A DNA stretch of 64,000 nucleotides from the NCBI GenBank assembly GCA_001643675.2, contig LSRY02000059.1, forward strand, positions 248,001 through 312,000. Reading direction: 5' to 3'. The position numbers were made by a program, and so were the translations under genes. Positions within the stretch are counted from its first letter, which is position 1, and each line of letters begins with the position of its first letter. Below the pieces are notes generated by a model, which saw only the letters and a program-made list of their open reading frames with translations, had not been told where the DNA came from and made no database searches. This document shows, piece by piece, positions 11,301 through 22,900 of the stretch. The DNA is from Monocercomonoides exilis PA203. Its lineage: Eukaryota > Protista > Preaxostyla.

Positions 11301-14300
11301 GAACTGGTGGGATATGATCGGAGTGACGCAGCAATGGGCCAATTCCCACTGAATGTGTTTCTGGACTCACATACTGGTGCAGCACACGTGGGCAGAAAGA
11401 AAGGTGGTGTTCTGGGGAGATACGACTCGTGGTTTTGCGGGTTTGGTTATTATCCGTGTGCCACCATCACCCACACCGCGCAGGCGCGATTTTCAGGGGG
11501 AAATAAAATAATAGAGTTAGATCCAGAATTCGTGCTTGCGGAAAAGGTTGCCATGGCCGATTCCTTTGAATGGGAGATTTCATGTGCCACAAAAGGGACG
11601 GCAATCGAGGTGAATGTGCCAGCCACTTTTGAATCAGAAAACTTCCTGATCGATGTGCAAAGCAGATGCTCGATTAAAAAGATCAAATTTAGCATTCCAT
11701 CTGCTCTGTCCAGTGCATCTGCGATGATTTCGGCACACTCGCCATCGTTCAATATCACAGACTGCTCGGTTGCTAGTTCGCCAGACAGAATTGTAGGCCA
11801 ATCGATTAGATACAGCTTTGTAAATGCGTTATCAGGAAAACTGAGAATGGAGCAATTTGAAATCAGAGAAGGTCTGACATTTGATGGGCATTCGTTGGTT
11901 GAGTTTGCGGCAGGGGTGAGTGTTGTGTATTTCAAAGGATGCAACGTAGCAAACGTTAGAAAGATCAATGGAGACGGGGGGCTGATAAAAGGAGCAGTTG
12001 GAACACAGTATGGGGAAGGAGAGGGAAAGGTTGGGATTGTTGTGATTGAAACGTGCACTGTGATAAACTGCAACTGCCAAGGGACATCACAAGAGATTGG
12101 AAAAGGAGGAGGGATATGCGTGAGCTTAGATGGAGATGGAAGTGTTGTTGTGAATGGGACGAGCACAATCGATTCATGCGAGGCGAAGAACAACGGAGGA
12201 GGAACCAAAGGAAGAGGCGGAGGAATGATGCTGACAATGGCGAGTCTGAACTGCAAGATGGAAATTGCCGAAGATGTTAAGTTTTCATCGACATCTTCAT
12301 CGCTAAATGATGCACAATATGGGAAGGATATGTTTGTTTGTTGCGATTCAACGATATTGCTTGGAACAAAAGTGAATGCAAACTCTTTCAAATTTTTTGA
12401 CAAAAGCGCCATTCCATCGGATGAATTGAAGTTTTGCGGGAGCGAGGATGGGAAAGATGAGAAAGTCATCCCGCTGTTTGTGTATTTGTTCTCAATCGGA
12501 TCGAAGTTGACTGTCGATGGGAGCGGAGAGAGGGCATTGGATCACAGCTCTTGTGGATTTGAGAAGTTTGGATGCAAATCCATTGATTATTGTGTGACCA
12601 GTCGAGTTAAGGAAAACATGCAGGCAGTTGAGGTTTCTTCTGAATCATCAATAAAAAGTGAAATGAAAGTGCTTTCATTTAATGTGAGCTTGACAGGAAA
12701 AGCAGTAACAGCGGGAAAGAAGATGAAGGTTGATGTGAAGGATGGAGGGGAAATAAATCAAAATGGCCTTATTGAGTGCACAAAATCATTTGAAATGACT
12801 AATTTGGCATTTGTAATGAACAAAGTTATCAATGGAAGGAGGACTGCATTTGTCCATTCTTCGTCATCAACAATCACGATAACAAGCTGTTCTGTCTCGT
12901 TTACAAGCGATGCATTGGCTAATGAAAAGATTGGATACAACATCCTGAATATTGAGGGAGGAGAAATGATTGTGGATGGATTGATGATGGAAATTGCAAC
13001 AACACTGACGACGAATGGGAAGTCGCCCATAACGATGACAAACGGAGAGAAATTGGACATCAAGAACAGCAGAGTGAGTGGAGTGACGGTGGAAGGCGGG
13101 AGCGGAGAAGGAAGAGGTTGCATTGGTGCTGCGATAAAAGCAGGAGGAAGCGCAGTTGTGGATAACTGCAATTTTTCATCAACATGTTCAGGGGGGAGTG
13201 GGATGAAAGGGGGAGGAATGAAGATATCAGTGGGGAAGGGAGGGAGGATGGAAATGAAAAATGTGAAGTTTGATGGATGTGAAGTTCCATCAGAGGATGT
13301 TGAGAATGGAGGAAGAGGAATTGGAGGAGGGATGTTTGTTGAGCTTCCTGAAGAGTTTGGATTATTTGTGCTTGAAGGAATGGAATTTGAAGGATGCAAT
13401 GCTTGGAAAGGGAAAAAAGTGTTCATATCGGGAAATGAGCTGGACAAGGTTATGTCAAACGAAAAACTGAAAGAGGAATTGAGTACAAGTGATAAGAAGT
13501 CATTGGATGAGCTGTGCGGATGGGAAAGGAAGACAACAGGAGAAAATGGATATGTGATTCCATTGGTTGTGTATTTATGGGCAAACTGGAGCAAGGATGG
13601 GTTTGTATCGAAGGAGAAAGGAGGAGACTTCAGTGGGTGTGGGTTTTCTGAAGCACCATGCTCATCGATTGACCACTTGATATCACTGAGATATGAGCCA
13701 CTTGGAAAAGGCGAATCCCAGATCAGCATTGGGGATTCAGGATCGCTGAGCCATCCCATATCATTCTTGTCTTCGTTGCCAACTTCTCCAGATTCAGAAG
13801 CACCAGCAGTTGTGATAAAAGGAACAAAGAAAGGGACAAGCGTGACAATCACTGATGAAGATGGGAATGCTGTCAGCAGTGGTGCAATGATATCGTCGAA
13901 TGTGAGCCTGTCATTCTTCAATTTATCATTCATCAAGCCAAGCATTACCACTAATCATGCAATATTTATTGTGTCGTCAGGAACAAATACAGTCTTGTCT
14001 GTTACAGATTGTTCATTTGGGTCATCGAGTGGGACGGTTGAAAGTTTTGCATATTGCGTGATAAAAGTGAACGGAGGGAGCGCGGCAATTCAGAGCAGCA
14101 CGTTGAATAAGATCAATGAATTGAAAGGATTCATTGCTTTCAGCCCAAGTGCGAGCCAGGTGACGATTCAGAATGTGAACATTTCATCAGCCACTTTGAC
14201 AGCAAACAGCCTGATTTCGATGACAGAAGAGGAAAACCAGATGAATGGAGATGAAAGCACCCATTTGAACGGAAACAAGCCTGTGTTGAAAGTTGTCTAC

Positions 14301-17222
14301 TGTTCGTTTGAAACCATCATGAACGAAGGAAGCAGTGCAAGCGTCATTGAATTGGGATCATTTGAGAATGCGATAGAATGCACGATAGAAGACTGCATAA
14401 TGTCCACGTGCAGAAGCGATTTGAGCACAGAAGGAGGAGGAATAAAAGTGGCGCTGAAGAGTGAAGAATCAGTTTTGAAGGTGAATGGGAGCATGCTTTC
14501 GACATGCAAGTGCTCGACGGTATCAGGGCGCGGCGGAGGGCTGTTTATCGATGGAGCAGACACTGGTGTTGTTTATAATGATGAAAGTCAGATTCCATCT
14601 CTGAATTTCAAGATTGTGAATATCTTGTTTAGGATGAACGACGCATTTGTTGGGAAAGATATATTCATCAAATGCCATTCAATTGAGCACCAGATCAACG
14701 AAACACTGTTCTCGCTGAACTACAACCAGGAATCATTGGCCACAAACAACTCCATCTGCGGGAGCGATTTAAAAGGTAATACTGACATGGATGTTATTCC
14801 ACGGATCACATACTTCAAAGGCCTTCAAGTGTTTTTGAATGTAGGAGGGGAGGATAGCAGACGATGCGGGGCTCAGGGCAATCCATGCAGCAGCATCAAT
14901 GGTGCCATTGACCACATTGAGCAAGGAGTGATGAATGCGATTCTGATTGACGGAGAAGGAACTGTAACAAAGGATTGTGTGATTGGAGATCTGAATGTGA
15001 ATTCATTGAAAAAGACACAGGCAATTGTTCGATTGAAATCCAAGATTGAGAAATCAGCTGAGAAGGATTGCATCATGGAGTTTGTGAACGAATGTTCTGT
15101 GGAGAGATGCTCATTCGAGTTTGAAGATGGATTTGAGGCAACTCATAATTTCATTCTGAAAGTGAAGAATGGAACAACAAAAATTCAAGAATGCGAATTC
15201 TTCTCTTCAGCAACAACCGTTGAGATGAAGTTGAACAGTTCGATCGTGAGAGTGGAAAGTGGAGAGCTGAGGATCTCAGAAACAACATTCAGGAATTTGC
15301 ATTCAGCAGGATCATTGCTATTATTCAACGAAGAATCGAATGTGATTATTGATGAAACAAGTATTTTGAATATCAACTGTGAAGGAGATGTTGTGAGTGT
15401 TGGAGGGAAAGCGAAAGTGGTGATGAAGATCATAACGATAGAGAATGTGAGTGTAGCATCAGAAAGATGTGTTGTTGCGATGGAAGATGCAGAACAGGAG
15501 GTGAGTGTGCTGAACTGCTCGTTTGAAAAAAGCGCGAATTCGGTGGACAAGGGGAGCATGATGCAGATAAGACGATCCAAGGAAGTGAAGGTTGATGCGT
15601 GTGTGTTTGATGGAGAAAAAGAAGCAGAGACTGTCAACGAAGGAAACAAGGGGAAAGAAGGATTATGCAAATGGAGCGGCTCATTGATTGACATTGAAAG
15701 CAGCAATGTGGAGATGAAGGAAACAACGGTTATGAAGAGCCAGAGTGGAGGGTTGTGGATGAGTGGAGGCAGCCTGAAGATTGAAAACAGCAAGTTTGAG
15801 AACAACAACCCAGACATTGAGGGATATCCAACAGCTAGAAGGAATGCGATCTGCAGAGGGAATGGGAAATTGAATGTTGCGAGTGTGAAAGGAGGAGATG
15901 GACTGAAAGATAACTCATCGCTTTGGATTTTGGACGAAGGATGCAACTTGGGAGGGATTGCATCAGAAAGAGGATCATCGTATTTTATTTCAGTTCTGAA
16001 AGAAGTTACGAATACAACGCAGCCAACAGGAGAGATGGAATTAATTATCCTTGGGGAGCTGCTTCTTCCGTGCAATTTGTCGCTGAAGATAAGCATGAAA
16101 GATGAGGTTGAAGAGGAGATTGTGAGAAAGGAAATTGATGGAGAAGGATATATTTCGGAGAACGAAGTGCATTCTGTTATCTCATCGGAGCAGCTGGAAG
16201 CGATGGAAAAGAAAAAAGAAGTGAGTGTGTGCATTTTGTTTGGAAAACCAGAATTTCCTTCATCGACTCATTCGTTCATTCTGAAGAATAAAAGTCAGAC
16301 TGAACCAAAAGTTGATGAAATAATCACAAAAGAAGAGGATAAAATTGAATGGAGTTTATTTGCCTTTATTGGGTGTATTGTTGTGAATGTGATTCTGTTA
16401 TTTGTGATTGTTGTGGTTGTTGTACTCATGAGAAAGAAGCAGAACAGAGGTGGAAGGAAAGTTAAAGATGAAGATATCGAAGGAACAAAGAATGTGGGAA
16501 GAGGAGAATGGAGAAAAGAAGTTATTACAGAAAGAGTTGATGAGAAAGAGGAGGAGGAGGAGGAGATGCGAACATTATTGTCCGGAGAAAAGGGAAAGGA
16601 GATGGGAGTGTCAATAGAGAAAGGCGAGGAGCTGGAGATGTGTGAGAACAAAGAAATGGTGGAGAGTGGATTTGATTGTGAGGAAGTGATCGGGGTTGTG
16701 CCAGTGAATTATGTTGAAATACAGACAGTTGCCCCACTTCTTAGTGGTGGAGGAGATGATGACATGGAGAGTGGTGCTCGTGCATGCGATAATGAAGATG
16801 AGATATTGTCAAAAAGAGATAGAAAAGCGAAAAGGGGGAAGAGAAGGAAGGGGAAGAAACGAAAGCAAGTGGAAGAGGCTGATGAAATTGGGAATGAGAG
16901 GGGAGGACCCGAGATTGGATTGGAGGAGTTTGGAGGGGTTGCTGCTGATGATGGAAGAAATAGAAAGCCGACGGAATATCGCATTGGAATCTGTTCATCA
17001 CCAAATAGACATTTTTCGATGATTAGAGAGGATTCAGAAGAAAAAGCGATGAACAAGGAATTGGATGAAGAAAAGGAAATGCTGAAAGAAGGAAAAGAAG
17101 AAGAAAGAGAGGAGGAAAAGTCAAAGAAAAGGAAGAAAAAGAAAAAGAGAAATCAGAAAAGAGAAGAGAAATCAGAAATTGTTCGGGACATTGCTGATAT
17201 GGGGTTGCTTGATGCGGGATAG
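8340..17222 (+). CDS. Giant Cys/Gly-rich type-I membrane surface protein with parallel beta-helix-like repeats
   Basis: 2884-aa ORF with many GGG[IVML]/GGAI motifs, five CG-x4/5-[PG]C-x-[ST][IV] module starts, one C-terminal TM (WSLFAFIGCIVVNVILLFVIVVVVVLM) and a charged tail. A probable first exon 8340-8490 with a hydrophobic signal-like start joins through a phase-compatible GT-AG intron 8491-8574. Confidence 0.8.
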
Positions 17223-17537
17223 AAGGCTGTTGATCAGGACGGATAATATGATTGTGCTTGCTTCAGAAGACCAAGGAGGATGAAAAGGAGGAGAGAATGA
17301 AGTTCAGAAATCAGAAAGAATAATAATATGAAAGAACTTTCAATGTGTGTGCCTCAACTGGTGAAAGCACTGATGGAACTGTTTTGCTCCTTGAAAATAA
17401 GTTCATTTGTGAAATGAGTTTTTGAACTATCTAAGATCCATTGAACAACGATATGTTTTGAATCTTTCTTCTGAAAATTACATGTGATGCAGTTGCTTAT
17501 GTTAAAATACATTTATTTTGTTCTATTTTTCTGTTTT

Positions 17538-17538
<1 letters not shown>

Positions 17539-17579
<41 letters not shown>
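17539..17579. repeat. Poly(A) tract of ~41 nt between convergent genes
   Basis: Seen directly in the sequence. Confidence 0.9.
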
Positions 17580-17581
<2 letters not shown>

Positions 17582-17620
17582 GTGAAATGAATAAAAATGA
17601 ATAATCAATCACAACGAAAT

Positions 17621-19782
17621 TCACTGCTCTTGCACGCGCCATACGTGAATAACATTATCATCTCCGCATGTTGCTAGAATATTTGACTTGATAAAAATAG
17701 TCATTTTGAAGAAAAGGAAGAAACAAAAAACATTCACACATAAGCAGGATTAAATCTAACGCAATTAATATCTGAGCCATGTGCTTCGAGAATTGTGGCT
17801 GAAAGGATGAAATGCCTTGTCTCAGGATCCTAAAATATATTTTATGTTGCACGAATTCAAACAAAATGAAACAGTTAAATATTATATCAAACTTCCACAT
17901 AAAGTCTTAACGCGTTATCTCCACTGCCTGTTGCAAACATTGGCGGAAAGTTATCAGCAATTAATTGCTCGGAATTTTCACATTTTTCCTCTTTATTTTC
18001 AATAATTTTATCACATTTTTCTGTTGAATCTTCTTTTTTATCTTCGCACTTTGACTCGGATGCTTCATCCACTTTTTTGTCTTCTGTTGCATCACTTTTA
18101 CATTCTCCTTCCTTTTTTGCAGAGGAAGAGTTGCTAAGACACTCAAAAACTGGTGGATGATGAGGACAGCGCCAACTCACAGAATATACAACAGTTTCAT
18201 CAAAATCTCCAGTTATCTTTTGTTCGACTTTATAAGGATGATTGAGGAGAGCTTATAAAAAAATGCAATTGTCATTTATGTTCATAAGCAAGAGTGCAAA
18301 AAAGACAAATTGTTTCAGTTGAAATAATTTGAAGATTGATGGCAAACGTCTTGACCACACAATAACAGAAGAGTCAGCACTTGCAGAAACTGAAAATAGC
18401 AAAATGAAAACAAAATTAAAAAAACGAATAGAATGGTTAAAATTCATAAATGTTGCACACTCATCCTTGGCTGTGTAGATCCACCATAGCGATCTGGAGA
18501 TACAAGAGTGACAGTTGGCTCGCTGGTGGCTCCTAATTAAGCAATAGTAAACGAAAATTTAATATTTTCATATTTTTCAACAAAACATTAAAAAAAAAAG
18601 TGTCTTCAAAGCAATGCCATACCCATAGCGGTTATTGAGGGAGAGGCTGATGAAGATGATGCCAAGCGAGAAGGAAGTGGCTGTTCAAAGGATAAGTCCC
18701 AGACGGTTGAAGTATGATCTTCATGCACCTCGACACACGGCCATTCGCCATCAACTATTCATGAAAAATTATACAAAAATATTTATTTCTATTAATTCAA
18801 CAATATTTTCCTGAAAAATACACAAAACCTTCGTCAAGTTGCTTTGGAAAAGAGGAAGACGACGATGAAGAAACAACAGGATCAAGCCAAAACCTAATTG
18901 AATTATCATAAGAAGCAGAAACAAGCAAGTGCTGATGAAATGAACAAATGCAAATAAGATTGAACAAAGCATTTAATCCTTAAATAAATTGTGAAAGCAA
19001 ACTCTGTAAACAGGATGCCACATCACATGCTTAATATCTTGTGTATGACCTTGCAGAACAGCTATACATTCTGTGTCTTCAGATACTAAAGATAATAAAT
19101 CGATTTCTCTTTTCAAAACGGAAAACAATTTATTAATGAATCCAAACCATCCCACACGCAAATCAAGCGATCCCTTGCACAAGTTGCAAGTAAATCTCCT
19201 TCCTTTGGAGAAAATGCAATAGATTTTATTTCCGCTTCATGGCCTTCAAGAATGTCTTTCACTTCAGTTGTGAGATCTGGTTCTTCTGAAACTATTGATT
19301 TTGTCGAAAAATTGGTCAAAACGATAATAAATTTAAAAAACAAAATTATAAATACCTATTTTGTGAAGAATTGTTTTTTTATCAAATGAGCAAGATGCAA
19401 GCGTTTTGCCATCTGGTGCCCATTCAACACGTCTGACACTTCCAGTGTGTCGGAGAAATTCAGTTTTCTTATCCCATTCTCCAGAGTCATTTATTCCCCA
19501 AATTCTGATCATAACATTTGAAAAATTGCATTTTATTTTATAAAACATCGAATTAAATTTTGAAATTCATATCAACTGTCAATAAATTGAAATAAATGTA
19601 AATACAAACGCAACAGTTCTATCCTCTCCGCAACTAGCCAACTTTTTTCCATCTGGTGACCACGACAAATGCCAAACACGTGCTTTGTGCCCTATGATGT
19701 TAATTGTTTATTTTTAAATGAAAAATAATTGGAATAACAATATACCAATTAAAGTTGCAATTTTTGCCAAATGAAATGGCAT
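17621..19782 (-). CDS. CIA1: Cytosolic iron-sulfur assembly WD40 protein CIA1/CIAO1, multi-exon
   Basis: Exons read HKARVWHLSWSPDGKKLASCGEDRTV, HTGSVRRVEWAPDGKTLASCSFD, LEGHEAEIKSIAFS...LATCARDR, ECIAVLQGHTQDIKHVMWHP, SASYDNSIRFW, WPCVEVHEDHTSTVWDLSF and CGDDNVIHVW. The GHTQD[VI]KxVxWHP signature is typical of CIA1. Confidence 0.9.
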
Positions 19783-19970
19783 CAAGTGCTACAAAAACGA
19801 AATGAAAACAATTAAAATATAGAAAGAAATATTAAAATTGTTATAAAACAATGCTTAAAGCAAAATATAAACCAGATTTGGAATTCTGATCAGAAACTGA
19901 TCCCATTCTTTTTTGCAATGAAGTGAATGAAATGAAGTGATAATAGCTTCACTGTAATTCTAAATGAGCA

Positions 19971-22900
19971 TTACTCATATGCTATCTTAAGTCCTCTTTC
20001 CACATGTCTTCCAACACTTTCCTTTGAATTTTTGAGAGATTTATCAGATTCTCTTTGGGATTTGAAAAGTGGATGCTCAATTAACAAGCGTTGAAAATCT
20101 TTTTGAACGTATTCTCGCAAGTGATTTTCAAAGCACATTTTACCCTTCCACTGTCCAGCAACAACAAGAGCCTTTGTGTGACTGAAGATTGCACCGAACT
20201 GCTCGGACTCTGAAAGGCTGACAACACGATAATCAGCAGTGACCGATGATAAAAAGCTAATGTTGGACAAGTCTTTCATTCTGGATAAATATTGTTCGCG
20301 CAACGACACATCATCTTCCTCCTTTGGCGTGTTTACAAAACGATACGCCAAAAAGAATGTTTCAAAGTACTCAAATATGGCTCTTGTTAACTCTTTGTAG
20401 CTTGCAGTTTTCTGCACATTTATGAAGAATTGTCTGAATGGAATGGCTCTGATGCAATTCTTCAATGAGACCATGTATGCGGAGGCGGAGAAATTGCGGA
20501 TAGGAATAACAGGAATTGAAACAATTGATGGATTAATTTTTGGATCGGGACGAGAAGAGGAGATGTAAGAAAGAAGGTGAGAATCGCTGGTTGAAGCGCG
20601 AAGAATGTTTGCACGAGCAAAAGTGTCTTGTTCAAACAGGATGCGATACGATGCTTCATACGACGCAATGACTGGAATGTGATCTCTGGATGTTGTGGAG
20701 GTGATGGTTATGTTCAAGGGACATGCTTGTGGAGTTATGCTTAGACGCCTCCAGAGCACATTGTTGACACAATACACTCCTTTCAGCGACCGCTCCAGCT
20801 GCTTCAGATACAACTGCTCGCGCGTCGCCCTTTGCTGCAGGCGATTCAGATAAGCTTCGCGTTCTGCTTGTTGCTTTTGGTTCTCCAGCTCGTTCTGCAA
20901 GCGCTCTTCACACGGTGCATCGCTCATTGAATCATTGCGATGAAGAGTAACTCTGCAATCACTTGCATTCTCATCAGAACTTTCAACATCAATTACATAT
21001 GTGCTGTTCTCCTCTGCTTTCTTCAGCTTCCTCATCAGCTGCCTCACATGCTCTTTCTTTTCTTTAATCAAATTTGCCAACTCTTCAAATTTCTCTGCTT
21101 CTTCCTTTTTCAAAATGGCAATGATATACTCGCATCTGTCTTCAATCATTCGCCTCCTTTCTTCGGCATACTGCTTTTCTTCAGGTGTGTTCGACTCTTC
21201 TTCTCCAAACACCAAATTCTTCTTCAGCTCTGCAACCACTTCGCGAATTGTCGTTTCCTTTTTCCGCTCCACATAAACCACACAGCGGATGATGCACAGA
21301 TTGTTCGGATTGAACACGTCAATCGGCACTTCCTCAAAGCGCTCTTCAGCATCAGCACTTCTGCTCCTCTCCAGCTGATGCATCGGGAAGAGATGCGTTG
21401 GACTTTTGTGCATGATTTCATTTTTGCCCTTTGATTCTGCAGAATTCATTGAAAAAGTGTCTTTTGATTGAGCCTTTTGATCTCTTTCTGAATTAGAAGG
21501 TGTCGATGCCACTGGAGAAGGAGTCATTAATTGAAGGTTGCTTCGTGGAGACAATAGCTGATAGAGAATCGGCACAACCAACTTCACCTTCCGAGTTCGT
21601 GTCAAAGGCCATCCAGAAAACAGAGTGACTTCAACATCAAACTGCTTCATGACAACATCTTTGATTGTCTTAGCAGAACTGTATGAGATGAGCTCTGGCT
21701 GGTGCTGCTGAGGATAAATTGGGAGCTCTGGAAGTTTTAACTTGACTGGCCCTTTTGCAGACGCACTCATCGAATTGCTGTTTGGCAGGAAGAGCATCAG
21801 ATGCGTGACAGGATGGTTCAACACACGAGAGGCTGCTGCAAAGAGATCAGCCACTTCGTATCTTTCATCTATTTGAATGGTTTTGAATGGCTGAAAAGAT
21901 TTAAAAAAAAAATGTATTTCAGATTAAAATATGAAAGAAATATCACATTTTCACAAATTAAAAATTCAAAAAAAACATATTTCAAAAAGCAAACCAGCTG
22001 AATATTAATCAGATTATACAGTTTCAATTCTATTTTGTGGTTGAGATAAGACATCCATCCGTCTGCAGTTGTCACATCACTTCCATTTATTCCTCCGTTC
22101 TTGCTTCTGATCTCCACCGACTTCGCTTTTTCTGCTTCTGTCGGTGCAATCTGCACAAGAACTTCACATCCTGTCTCCAAATAAGCTTTCTCACAGTTTG
22201 AGTTGAGTGAAAGAGGAGTGCCTATTCCCTGGAAGAACCTGAAAAGAAGAAAAGAATCTTCAGAAAGAAAGTCTGACGGAGTGTCTGATGGCTCTGGAGA
22301 GAAGATTGCTGGTGTTGGTGTGGGTGACAAAGGAGAAGGAGACAAAGAAGAGGGAGAAAACGAGAGTGTGCCCAAAGAGAGAGAAGGAGAAGGAGAAAAA
22401 GGTGGTGGAGAAACGACAGATGCCCTTGGCGACAGCACACCGTCTTTCTTCTTCCTTTCTTGTCGCTGGATGAATTTTGCTTGAGCATCACGCAGCTTCT
22501 TCTGCCTCACCAACATGCGAAGTTGAGGCAAAGCAGCTGAAAACTGCATTTTTCTGGAGGTGAGATAGATGCGGCCGATGTAATAGTTCTTTTTAGAGGT
22601 GATGTCGAAGAGACGCACAAAGAGATAGACGAATGAGGGATTGCGAGAGGACAGAATGGCTGATGGATTGAATGGCACCGGAGGAGGAGAAAGACGAGAA
22701 CTGAAGTGCAAACGAGGTGAAAGAGGAGAAAGCGGAGGGCGAATAGAAAGATGGGGGGACGAAGGAATGCGTAATGGAGGAGGAGGCACAGAACGCTGAG
22801 ACAAAGAAGTGGAAGTTGTTTCAGAATCACCAGAAAGAGATTGCAAACGCTTTGGCTGTGCTTCAGATGTTTTTGTGATCTCAAATTGATCATTTCGCTT

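Noticed and set aside
11450-16234. Long antisense ORFs (339, 397 and 349 aa) opposite the surface gene
   Set aside because: They mirror the sense codon bias and have no motifs; the same applies to antisense ORFs over PI3K, Puf and other large exons.
17539-17579. Poly(A) tail indicating retroposition of the surface gene
   Set aside because: Similar long A/T runs occur in ordinary introns (~27495-27519, 33620-33663), the gene seems to keep a 5' intron, and no TSD was seen.
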